A stretch of DNA of 64,000 bases from Lepidodermella squamata (GCA_047495785.1 JBLDXI010000011.1:248001-312000), one strand, 5' to 3'; shown: positions 39,093 to 49,914, counted from the stretch's first letter. The notes: generated by a model from the sequence alone, not told the origin. Program-made: numbers and translations.

Positions 39093-41992
39093 ATGCTGTT
39101 ATACATTTTCGTACAATGTTCAATCTTAACTTGTATCTTCGCGTTGGACCCGTTACCAGCAACAGATTTGCTAGCTCTACCAATAGGGTTAGTCGCAACC
39201 TATCTGCCGCACGTTTCCTTTGACACTACGAACGCATCGATAACTTCGAGTGGCAGCTTTACGTTGGTGGGCGGGGCTGGTTACACGGCATCAGGTTACC
39301 AGCTAACCCAGCTGAATTCGGTCTCATTTGGTGGCGGAGGCTCGACAGGGGTGGGCATATTCATAATTAGCTGTACAACACCAATATTTCTCATTCTTGA
39401 AGCTTATCAACGCCACTGCATTTGACTGGCGATTCGAACTTGACCTGAAATCAAATTACAGGACCAACGGCTCTTTTGGCTGGTTTGGCTTCATAATATC
39501 ATCAAGTTCACTGCTTTTCTGTAAGGTTTCCCACTTATGAACTTCAAATTTATAATGATTCATGTTTCATAGCCGCTTCTGGAAATGCAGGATCCCAATA
39601 TGACAAGTATTCTGGCCTGTCGGGCATAGCTATCTGGCAGAAACTGTCGAGTCCGGGCCAACTTTATGCAGAATACGTGCCAACCAGTTCTGGTACGGCA
39701 GTTTTTGTGCCAGGCAGCCCAGCCGCGAGTTGCAATTTCACTTCGATCTTCAACTCAACGGGCGTAGCAAACTTCAAGCTACTGATCCAGTCAGTTGGTG
39801 ACGCAATTACGGTCGTTGCTGCAACAGATCCAGCTTATTCGAAGGTTGCCTGCATTACCAGTTTGAGTGTATCTGGTCTGGGGGCGAAAATTGCTGGTGG
39901 AGGGGTGAAGATAAGGATAGTTGGCCTGCTAGGGTTTGGAGGAGATGTTTTATTGACGAAAATGTACGGGTTCGAGTTGGATGCGGAACCTTCTACCTCG
40001 ACTCCCTCAACCTCAACCTCGACCTCCACCACTTCGACTACAACGTCTACTACAACTTCACGGCCATCCACTTCGACGTCAACTACGAGTCCTGTGGTTA
40101 CTACAACACCCACCACTACGATAAGTACTACTACCCCGAGATCGACTCCCTCCACTTCAGCTACACTAACGGTCGGAGCCTCATCAGTGACATCGACTGA
40201 AGCAACAACTTCTACAGCTACACAAAGTATATCAACATCAACGGAAACCTCTTCCTCAGCATCAACAGGAACAGCCTCAAGTTCCACCACCTCGGATACT
40301 CCTTCGACAACCTCAGCTACAACAGTGAAGCCATCGACTGTGTCAACAACTGCAAGTTCCTCTTCGGTAACGGCAAGCTCGAGTACATCTTCTTCAACCG
40401 CGGCTGAGACAACTTCTTCTACTTCAACCTTAACAACCTCTACAAAAGCTCCAACTTCTACTTTGAAAGCAACTTCGGCGCCTCAAGTAGAAATCGACTC
40501 TCAGACTGGCTTCCCGATTCCAGAGCTGATCGACGGCAACCTTTACCCTTCCGTGACCGTTGAAGATCTCCTAAAGTGCCCTCAAATCGCTACATCAGTT
40601 CGAGCCCCAGATTTCAACACGCAAATTTGGCTTCGTTTTTCAACACAGCGGTTGATGGCTATCGATTCGCTGTCTCAGGAAATTGCGCTCTGGGCAACAT
40701 TGTTCATGCAATGGTCCGTTACAGCTTGCAATAGCACGTACACTGCACCGGGCGTGAATAATAAAGAAGCCGTTGTTTCATCAGATAGTTCGGTCATCTG
40801 GCACCCGACTTTGTTGTTTGCAAACAGCACGAACGATATGTACATGGAAGGTTAGAAAAATATTATCCTTCGAGCGGTTAAAGCTTACGACGGTACCAAG
40901 TTTCATTTTATTCGGTTATTAATTGCTTAGGGTTAGGGTTAGGGTTAGGTTAAGGTTGAGATAGTGGCCGGGTCTTGAATCTTAAAATTGGGGGACATGA
41001 AACTGATTGGAGTAATTTGTTACAGAATTCGATGATGCTTGGTACTGAATTTAAAAATTTGGTAATGATTTCACTTTATATCCCAAAAATTATAATTCCC
41101 AGTATCCCTGTATGCTTCCACAAAATTCCAGAATTTTTCTGATTTTCCTGGAATTTTCTGAATATTTCAAACGCGATGTGGTTCACGTGATCTCAAACCC
41201 TCCAATTTTCTGTTAATTCTAGGAAAATCATACAGCGACAAGATGGACATTGTGTACGTGCCGACGGTGCCGAACCGCACGCTGTACTTCCACTGGTCGC
41301 GCCTGGGCGTGTTCAACTCCAAGTGCGAGCTCGACCTGCGCGCGTTCCCGTTCGACTCGCAGCAGTGCGACTTCACTTTCGTCATCGACCAGCCCAGTGA
41401 GTACCTGTCCTTCGGCGGGCTCTACGTCGACGACGACTACCTGGCGGCGAACGACGTGTGGTTCTACGCCGAGGGCGGCTACGTCGCGCAGGTGGGCCAG
41501 ACACGGTCGATGCGCCGCCGCAACGCCACGGCCTCCTTCGCCCTCGTGCGGCTCAAGTTCAGCCGCAATCCGACCTACTACATCGTCAACCTCCTCGCGC
41601 CCTGCTACGTGTTGCTCGCCTTGGTCTTCGGTTCCTTCGCCATTCAGCCGTCAGTCCCTGATCGGCCCATGTTCTGTGGTACCACTCTACTCGCCCTTGT
41701 TGTAGCCCAGTCTGATGTCATTCGGAATGTCCCAGCTACGGCTCAGCGAGTGCTCTTCTCTGAGTACATGCTGCTGATGACTGGCCTAACAGCGGCTATC
41801 ACCATGTATGACATGCTCATTCTGCCATTCGCGAGGATGAAGGGCGAGAAATCGCTGAGAAATATCGAGACTAAGTTACCAGGTCTAGAGGCCTATCTCT
41901 CCCTACCGAGAGCATTCGATTTGATGGCTTTTCTTTTTGCATTGACCGCTTTTCTTTTAATCAATCTATACGCTTGTTTGGTTATATTTTGA
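39093..41992 (+). CDS. L6: lectin-like + mucin stalk + Cys-loop channel fusion (~807 aa); exons 39093-39350, 39403-39520, 39573-40850, 41223-41992
   Basis: Inverted paralog of L5 with the same intron positions and a ~160-aa Ser/Thr tract; in frame. Confidence 0.92.
40927..40949 (+). repeat. Short (TTAGGG)3 tract in an L6 intron
   Basis: ttagggttagggttagggttagg. Confidence 0.8.
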
Positions 41993-42781
41993 TTTTCTGC
42001 ACTCCTTTGTAATCGAAGCCAAAATTTCGGGCGATTAATCTTTAAGAATCTCAAAGGTCTAGCTGGATCACTAAATAAATGTGAAACTTTCGTAATAAAG
42101 CATTCATACAACTATTTGTAACTGTATACTGTGTACTGTATAACTATTTGATGTAATCCGCATCGGGCGAATTAACATCATCCCGCTCGAAAGCGTTGAA
42201 GACCAGGCAGCGCGGCGGCGAGGTCGTTTGTCGGGCCCTCCACAAAACAGATGGCTTCAAAGCAGGATAAACGCACTTAACAGTCCTCCCAGCAGGCACA
42301 GCCTCTGGTTTTCAACCAATGAACTAACCTGATGGTCAGCCGCTCTAGCTTTTCACACCGAAAATTGAGGAACATGAGTCATTGAAACTCCGTAATGTAG
42401 CTCAATTTGGGCCAGAATGTCCTTTTTCGAAAATTTCCCAAAATTTGAAAGCCGGGCTTTCAATGTCATGATGAGCCCATAGTCAGAAAATTACGTAGAA
42501 TGGTATCGTAATTAATTCGATTTATTGATGCTTCGCGTATGCACCGCTTTTTGGATTATCCAGCTTTGAAGCCCTCTGCTTTGTGGGGGACTCCGCCACT
42601 TGTTTGAGGCTGCATGGAGAATCCACAAGAAAATAAGACAGTTAGTCCTCTATCTTGTTATGGATTTTTTTAAGCATATTTATTGGCAATAGATTGCGAC
42701 TTCTCTGCTCAGTTCTCAGCAGTCAGGAGAATGACGAAACAGCAGTTGCCGAGAACGAAGCCAATAAGAACGATAACAATT

Positions 42782-43043
42782 CACTAGGAAAAAAATATAG
42801 CTTTTTAGCTCAGGACCCCTCGAAATGCTCTTGCTAATAATACGTACCCTTATTTAGCGTTTTTGGCTATTTAGCCATGAACATTTAGCCATAATTCATT
42901 GTTAAAGGATTAAAGGATTACGAACACAATGGTTGAACATGGCTAAATAGCTAAAAATAGCTAAATAAGGGTACGGGAACGAGATTTCTAGCAATAGCAT
43001 ATCGAGGGGTCCTGAGCTAAAAAGCTATATTTTTTTCCTAGTG
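42782..43043. mobile_element. MITE with CACTA-type termini (262-bp hairpin)
   Basis: cactaggaaaaaaatatagctttttagctcaggacccctcga ... tcgaggggtcctgagctaaaaagctatatttttttcctagtg. Confidence 0.85.
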
Positions 43044-43612
43044 AATCAAAATCGAGAGTTCTAGAGATTGGTGGAACCGCGGCTGAGCTAATGGCCGTCG
43101 GACAGCCGTGCCTGATGAGAGGAGATTTAGCGGCTACCATGAAGCTATTCGAATCGGCCGCAAGCAAAGAAAATGCGTGATTTGGAAATCGAACAACTTT
43201 TACGTGGCGTTTATCAAATTACGTAAAAAAGCTGGCGTGCTCAACAAGTTTTTCCGGGGAAAAAAGTAGTACTGACCTAGATAACCCACATCTAACCACA
43301 GTCCTCAATGAAGGCCTTTACGTAACTTGATTAAAATATCAATGATAAAAAAAACGGACAGCGAATTTCAAAATAAGCGTGTTCCATTTACTAACATGAG
43401 TAAGAATCGGGTTTATAGCACAAAAACGGTCAAATTAGTGTCAAATAACGGTCAAATTTATTGAGAATTAAATTAGTGATTTTCCGTCGTGAATTTAATG
43501 ATAAAAAGTCTTATCGCAAGGAGACGTGGTACGCTAAATTTTTATCAGTGTCGTGAAGACATTAAAAGCCTTGGCAAAATAGGTACATTTGCCAACAAAA
43601 AATATCGCAAAA

Positions 43613-44815
43613 ATGGATATCGTCACTACGACTCCAATACCAACAGAAGCTCCCGCGAGTTACGATGCTGAGGCTCACAAAGAGCCACGGCCCAGCTATC
43701 CGGCCCCTGCCCAGCCAGCCCCTATCGCTATCCAAGTTCCAGCCGACGTTGAGCCAGCGCCAGCCACGCAAACCGACGGGGAACATTATGAGGAACAAAT
43801 CCCACTGTTCGAAAGAACGCGCAGGATCTGGATTGTTAAATTGTTGCTCTGCCTCTTCAGCGTCAGCCATCCAGTCCTAATCATTGCCATCGCCTGTCTT
43901 TTCTTCACAGATTCAACGTGCATTAACACGTGCCGTTACAACAAGCAATGCTACGAGGACTGTTTCGACAATTTTAACATCATTTTACCGGCGATAATTG
44001 GCTCGATCCTGACTGCAATTTTCTCAGTATACATCGCCTCAATGTGGTTCATTGCAGAGGCGAAAACGATACCGAAAGTGAAGATGCTTTACATAGGCGA
44101 TTTCATTGTAATGCTGATGACTGATGTAACCCTGGTAGTTTTTCTCGGGATAGCTGGCGAAACAAGAGATCAGGTCTTGTTAGGGATTCAAATTGTCGCA
44201 GCTCTTGTTGTCATTCCAATCGCCGTCCTGTTCATTATTTTGGCCTGTTTTACAAACTGGCATGGAGAGCGCCCAGTTCGCAGGGCTGTTCATTCAGAAT
44301 TTTCGATTTACTGGCGAAACTTCCACGCTATTGGTCCGATAATTTCGATAATTTATATGACGTTGACACTCGTTTTAATTCCACTTATTATCTCCCAGAT
44401 ATTTTATGAGGAAATTTATAATAAGAGTTTCATCCCTTCAATTGCTGTTAAACCTCAATATTACAGGCGGGACATACTGAATGCTGCTTCGGGTGATTTG
44501 TCACTTTCAGTGGGCTACTTCTTGTTTGTGCTTCTGCTAATGATTTCTGTTAAGCCTTTCACGCGATTTTATTCGTCTCGTAACGATATGCTTTTAAATT
44601 TAGCTGTTCGAGTATTCTGCTTGATTCTAGTGCTCACGACTTCGATTTTGCTAAACACGATTAGGAGTGATGCTGCTGAGATTGTATTTTCGTGGATAAT
44701 TACTGTAATGTTCGCCATCGACCTGACTATGCACAAGTTTCCTTGGTGCCACGAGACTACTTCGGCTGCGCTTTCTTTAAACAACATTGGCAAATCTTCT
44801 GTAGCTTGTGATTAA
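43613..44815 (+). CDS. B2: ~8-TM membrane protein (~400 aa); PY motifs degenerate (APASY, PRPSY)
   Basis: Intronless paralog of B1 and B3. Confidence 0.85.
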   Translation: MDIVTTTPIPTEAPASYDAEAHKEPRPSYPAPAQPAPIAIQVPADVEPAPATQTDGEHYEEQIPLFERTRRIWIVKLLLCLFSVSHPVLIIAIACLFFTDSTCINTCRYNKQCYEDCFDNFNIILPAIIGSILTAIFSVYIASMWFIAEAKTIPKVKMLYIGDFIVMLMTDVTLVVFLGIAGETRDQVLLGIQIVAALVVIPIAVLFIILACFTNWHGERPVRRAVHSEFSIYWRNFHAIGPIISIIYMTLTLVLIPLIISQIFYEEIYNKSFIPSIAVKPQYYRRDILNAASGDLSLSVGYFLFVLLLMISVKPFTRFYSSRNDMLLNLAVRVFCLILVLTTSILLNTIRSDAAEIVFSWIITVMFAIDLTMHKFPWCHETTSAALSLNNIGKSSVACD

Positions 44816-45075
44816 ACATCAGGTCATGCGTTTTTCACATGAGCCGGAGTTCAAATCAGGAAAATCTTCTAAGTAACTGGGTTCTGAGTTCGTATTCGAA
44901 TAGCTCAAGCTATCCTACTTTACTTTATCATTATCCATCATTCTTGAACAAGAAATCGATGGAATATCGATGGAATATGGAAATCGCTTCTAAAGATTCA
45001 CAGGTTTTAACAAAAACAGCATTGTGACTTTATTCGTTATTAAAGAATAAAAAGAATATGAATCATATCGAAATT

Positions 45076-45350
45076 TCACAGCTCTTTTTTCTCGGCATTA
45101 CTTGCCTCAGCTTCGAACTGCTTTGGCATTTCCTGGAATAAGGCGTAGTCAGCAAATTTCGACGCTATATAATCGCGGGTTGTCTTCGCCGCCTTCGCAT
45201 TATCGCCGAGTTTCGCTTGAAATTGAGCCAAATAAATGATGAAATCAGACTCGCTTCGATAGACATGCTTGTTGGAAGCTCTAAGCTTATCAATCATGCC
45301 TCTCGATTTTACGAACAGCCTGGTGAGCAGCCTGGTAGTTCTGAGCCACG
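45076..45350 (-). pseudogene. C2: truncated, frameshifted copy of C3 (ends KKEL)
   Basis: 3' part nearly identical to C3 (AKLGDNAKAAKTTRDY); the signal-peptide region is lost. Confidence 0.8.
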
Positions 45351-46487
45351 AATTGCTAAAAAGCTTTTGCCGGTGCCACAATAAAGCTTGCATTGCATTG
45401 CATGGATCGCTAATAATTAAATAGTAAAAGTAGAAGTTCCTATAATACAAAGCTTAACAGTTTGCAAAGTGAATACACCATGCGTAAACATCATTCCACA
45501 AATTCGGCGGATTGAATTATTCGCAATCAGAGACATGAGCATAAATCTACAAATATCTCTGAAGCCCAGCAACCCTCTACTTCGCACCCTTGCTAAACTA
45601 CTTCAAACATGTGGCTGAAATATTCATGACCGTGAGGAGATTACACTGCAGGCTGTAGGCTGTTCATCTCTGGCAAATTGTAGCTAAATGACGATGAACC
45701 GTACTAGCAGAGTGCTCGCGAAACCAGCTGCTCGTTTTTACGCTAGCATTTATGCGGCTGTGCCGGGGCGATATTCACCGGGGCTCGTACAATATTGAAT
45801 TAATGACTACGAAGCAGCACTAGGCTTTTCTCTAGGCTGCGAAAAGCCCTTAAGGGAAGCACGTTGTGACACTTTCATAATAAAGCTTTCTTATAAGTAT
45901 TTTATGTTTTATGTAACCCGCATCGTGATGTCCTATGCCTGTCATTTTGACTTTATCAATTTCAAAAGTGTTCCGCCCAAGTGAGGGCAGCTCGACAATG
46001 TTAGGTAAACCATTATATAATTGCAGGGCAGATTAATTTAGGACTGGAAAGGTTCAGGAGCACATAAGACATCAAACTTATAGACTGGATTCGTTTGTGA
46101 TATTGATGAAATCACAAATTTGCAATTTTCAGTTCATCTCCATAGCCGTGATGGGGAGGAAAAGGCAAAGTATAATGAAAACAAAACAACGAGTGGAAAA
46201 ATACGTTGCCCCTGAGATAATTCAGTGGCACTTTGTCCACTCTAATACTGACAACAAGCCTTGCGACATTCCTCGTCCGTTTAAGCTTGGTGTTCCTCCA
46301 GAACTTGAGAGTTCTATTCAGAGACATTTTCCATTCTATATTCAATCGTTCCCAAGTGACAAAGAACGTTTTTTCGATAAGAATTCTTATCGCTAGCAGT
46401 CGCGTAGTAAGTCTAATCCTTATCAGTGTCGGGAAAACAGCAAAAACCTGGCAAAAAGACATTTGCTAGCATAGAAATATCGCAAAA

Positions 46488-47732
46488 ATGGAATTCCCCT
46501 CTGCACCACCAATACCAGGGGAAGCGCCCCCGAGTTACGATGCCATGGCTTACAAAGAGCCACCGCCGAACTACCCGGCGCCTGTCCAGCCAGCCCCTAT
46601 TATCATCCAGGTTCCAGTCCACGTTCAGCCAGCGCCAGCAGTGCCAACGAACCCTGCTGAACAATCTGAAGAGAACTTCCCGCTGTTCGATAAAACCCGC
46701 GGGATTTGGAGACTGAAAGTGTTTTTCTGCCTCTTCAGCATCAGCCACCCAGTCCTGATCATCGCCATCGCCTGTCTTTTCTTCACAGATTCAACGTGCA
46801 TGGACTCGTGCGATTACAAAGAGCGAAAAACGCAATCAAAATATTGGTGCTACGAGGACTGTTTCAACGATTTTGACATAATTCTACCGGCGATAATTGG
46901 CTCGATCCTGACTGCAATTTTCTCAGTTTACATCGCCTCCATGTGGTTCATCGCAGAAGCAAAAACGACTTTGAAAATACAGCTACTCTACATTGCAAAT
47001 TTTATTGTAATGCTGATGACTGATATCAGCCTGGTAGTTTTTCTGGTGATAGCCGGCGAAACAAGGGGCGATGCGCTATTTGCGATACAAATTGTCGCAG
47101 CGCTTACTTTGCTTCCTATAGCCGGCTTGTTTGGGTTTTTGGCCTTTTTTACAAACTGGCATGGAGAACGTCCAGTTCGCAGGGCTGTTCATTCGGAGCT
47201 TTTGATTTATAGGGAAAACTTCCACGCAATTGGTCCGATAATTTCGATAATTTATATGACGCTGACACTTATTTTAATATTGCTTAACATTTCCCAGATA
47301 TTTTATCAGGAAATCTATAATAAGAGTTTCATCGCTTCAATTGCTGTTAAACCTCAAAATTACAGGCAGCAAATGCTCGAGTCTGCTTCGGGAAATTTGT
47401 TACTTTCAGTGGGCTTTTTCTCTTTTTTGCTTCTGCTATTGATTTCTGTTAAGCCTTTCACGCGACTCTATTCATCTCGTAACGAGATGCTTGTAAATTT
47501 AGCTGTTCGAGTATTCTGCTTGCTTCTGGTGCTAACGACTTCGATATTGTTGAGTATCATGGCTTCGAGCTATGCAACTCAGATTGTGTTTTCGTGGACA
47601 ATAACTGTCATGTTCATTATCGACCTGGTCATGCACAGGTTTTCTTGGTTCCACGAGTCGACTTCGGTTACGACAAACTCGACTGCGCTTTCTTTGAACA
47701 ACATTGCCAAGCATTCTGTTGCATGTGATTAA
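46488..47732 (+). CDS. B3: ~8-TM membrane protein with PPxY motifs (414 aa)
   Basis: APPSY and PPPNY; paralog of B1 and B2. Confidence 0.88.
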   Translation: MEFPSAPPIPGEAPPSYDAMAYKEPPPNYPAPVQPAPIIIQVPVHVQPAPAVPTNPAEQSEENFPLFDKTRGIWRLKVFFCLFSISHPVLIIAIACLFFTDSTCMDSCDYKERKTQSKYWCYEDCFNDFDIILPAIIGSILTAIFSVYIASMWFIAEAKTTLKIQLLYIANFIVMLMTDISLVVFLVIAGETRGDALFAIQIVAALTLLPIAGLFGFLAFFTNWHGERPVRRAVHSELLIYRENFHAIGPIISIIYMTLTLILILLNISQIFYQEIYNKSFIASIAVKPQNYRQQMLESASGNLLLSVGFFSFLLLLLISVKPFTRLYSSRNEMLVNLAVRVFCLLLVLTTSILLSIMASSYATQIVFSWTITVMFIIDLVMHRFSWFHESTSVTTNSTALSLNNIAKHSVACD

Positions 47733-48042
47733 ACCTCAATTTTTCGGGTTCGTGAATTCTTCACATGGGCTGGAATTCAAATCATGGCAATTAGGTAACT
47801 ATGTTCATAAATAATTCAAATTCAAATAATTTACTGAACGAAAGTTATTTGTTTCTTTTTCCTGAAACTAAATAAATATCGGTGCTTCGCATTTTCTTTC
47901 GTCACTTTTTTCATCATTCATGAAACATAAATCGATAAAAGATGTGAAAATCGCTTCAAAAGATTCAAAGCTTGAGCATCGTAACTTTATTTCGTTATTA
48001 AAGTATACAATAAATTTAGAAAATCTAACGCAATAGCAAATT

Positions 48043-48426
48043 TCACAGCTCCTTATTCTCGGCTTTACTTGCCTCAGCTTCGAACTGCTTTGCCATTTCC
48101 TCGAATAAAGCGTAGTCAGCAAATTTCGACGCCATATAATCGCGGGTTGTCTTCGCCGCCTTCGCATTATCGCCGAGTTTCGCTTGAGATTTAGCCAAAT
48201 ACATCATTAGATCGGACTCGCTTTGATAGATAGGCTTGTTTGAAGCTCTCAGCTTATCCATCATGTCTTTCGCTTTCACAAACCCGTCGTGAGCTTCCTG
48301 GTAGTCCTGAGTCATGAAATGATGAAAAGCCTCGTTAAACGCTATCATTTCCTCGCCGGATTCAAGGGCTGATATCGCGGCGATGAGAGAACAGCCGAAA
48401 ACACAGGCTAACACTGCTTTGCTCAT
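48043..48426 (-). CDS. C3: small ER-luminal TPR-like protein (127 aa, ends NKEL)
   Basis: Signal MSKAVLACVFGCSLIAAISA; paralog of C1, C4 and C5. Confidence 0.85.
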   Translation of the reverse strand: MSKAVLACVFGCSLIAAISALESGEEMIAFNEAFHHFMTQDYQEAHDGFVKAKDMMDKLRASNKPIYQSESDLMMYLAKSQAKLGDNAKAAKTTRDYMASKFADYALFEEMAKQFEAEASKAENKEL

Positions 48427-49789
48427 GATTTTACGTGTAATGCGGTGAATCAACAAAATATGTTATTCACGGTTAATTACTGTTGCTTTTAAAGCCAGTA
48501 GATACACGTCATTCTCCGAAGAATACAATGCCACGTCGCCTTAAGCCGGCTTCTAGAAAACAACTCGTCATCAACTACACAGTCAATTTTCAAGAGAGAT
48601 GTTGCTACGACAACACGCCGAACTACAATGCATCTGTTACTGTTACATACTACTAGCGAGTTACTTTGCGGCTTCACAATAAAGCTGACTTCTCTGGTGA
48701 ATACCCGGAACAATGACGCAATGTTGAGATGTTTCGTCTGACGAATTTCTCTCTCGTAGTAAAATAGTAAGAGGGTACCCTCGAATACAGCTGCTCGTTT
48801 TTGCTCTAGCATCACGCCGCTTTGCTGTTGAAATGTGAAATGATGTATGTTGAAAAATCGATAGTAGTGGTAGTTAGCATAACTGCAAAATTGCTAAAAC
48901 CAATGCCGAACTGGAAGAATAAGCAGGAAAGCAATTGACGATATTCGGCGAATATATCGCTGCGTTCCTTCTGATCACTGAAGGGCTAAACCATAACACA
49001 CCAACCTAAATCTCTCGATATAAGGAACCGGCTGAGGACTGAGGCCTCAAACAAATCTATGATACCTCCTATCCCCCTGAAAGTCATAAACTGAATTACA
49101 TTTGAAGAGCTGAGGGAAAACATGCCAACGACTGCTCTTGCAGTCATCTTCAACACGTTTACTCGCTTAAAAATGGGGACATTTTGTAACCTTTCATGTT
49201 TTCACGATTTAAGCAAAACAAACCCATTCCTGAAGTAAGACTCAAAAACTGCAGTTCACCGCCTTTCGAGTGAGATGACAAGCGGGGGATGAGGATCAAA
49301 CGAGTTGCCGGCAAGCTATTCCCAAAGTTTCCCCACGGTGCTTATTCAACAAATTGGCATTCCGATTGATTTTCAATGCGCGAATTGAGTTTGCATACCT
49401 GTAACTTGCAAACCGTTGATCGATTGAATGCTCTTTCGAATGGCTGCGCCTCGTGGAAAAACTCCTCGAATTGACGAATGGCGGGTAAAAAAAAACTGTA
49501 ACCACAATTTCTTGGACACTGTGTATAGCATTCGCGTATTGCGTTAATTAAACGAAATCGAGACGAAATCGCCACAGGGCTAATGGCCCGCTAAGTATAT
49601 AGGATTTTCCTGCAGACTTAGCGGGTTTCATTAGCCCAATGAGGAAATTTAGTGATCAGGGTCTCGTAGGAATAAAGCAGAGGTTCAATTTGCACAGGTT
49701 TTTTTTCATTTTTTTCAATTTCAATTAGCTTTTTTATCCACCCTATGCAGCTCGTCGAATTAAAATTTTCCTTAACATCGTGTATGTCG

Positions 49790-49914
49790 GTCGGTGCAAG
49801 TTGGAAGAAGCCGAGCCAGCTGAATAACTCCCACCGAGCCCATCGAAAACGATCGATGCAACCAGACTCCCTGGGAAAAAGCTTACGTGACGATGCGAAA
49901 AACAACTTATAAAA
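49790..49914 (+). promoter_or_regulatory. Conserved promoter block of D1 with a TATA box (49908-49914); second copy at ~52401-52527 before D2
   Basis: gtgcaagttggaagaagccg.gccagctgaataact...cttacgtg...TATAAAA is shared upstream of both D genes. Confidence 0.6.

Noticed and set aside
40927-40949. Telomere or chromosome-fusion relic
   Set aside because: Only three full units inside an intron; too short to support that.
12556-41992. Assigning CHRNA/HTR3/acr gene symbols to the L genes
   Set aside because: No vicinal Cys or aromatic box, and orthology cannot be established without a phylogeny.
42655-43180. Possible TPR-like exon split by the CACTA-type MITE
   Set aside because: The frame is not clearly restored on removing the element; no start codon or paralog support.
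46097-46396. 99-aa ORF upstream of B3
   Set aside because: No motif, paralog or splice support.
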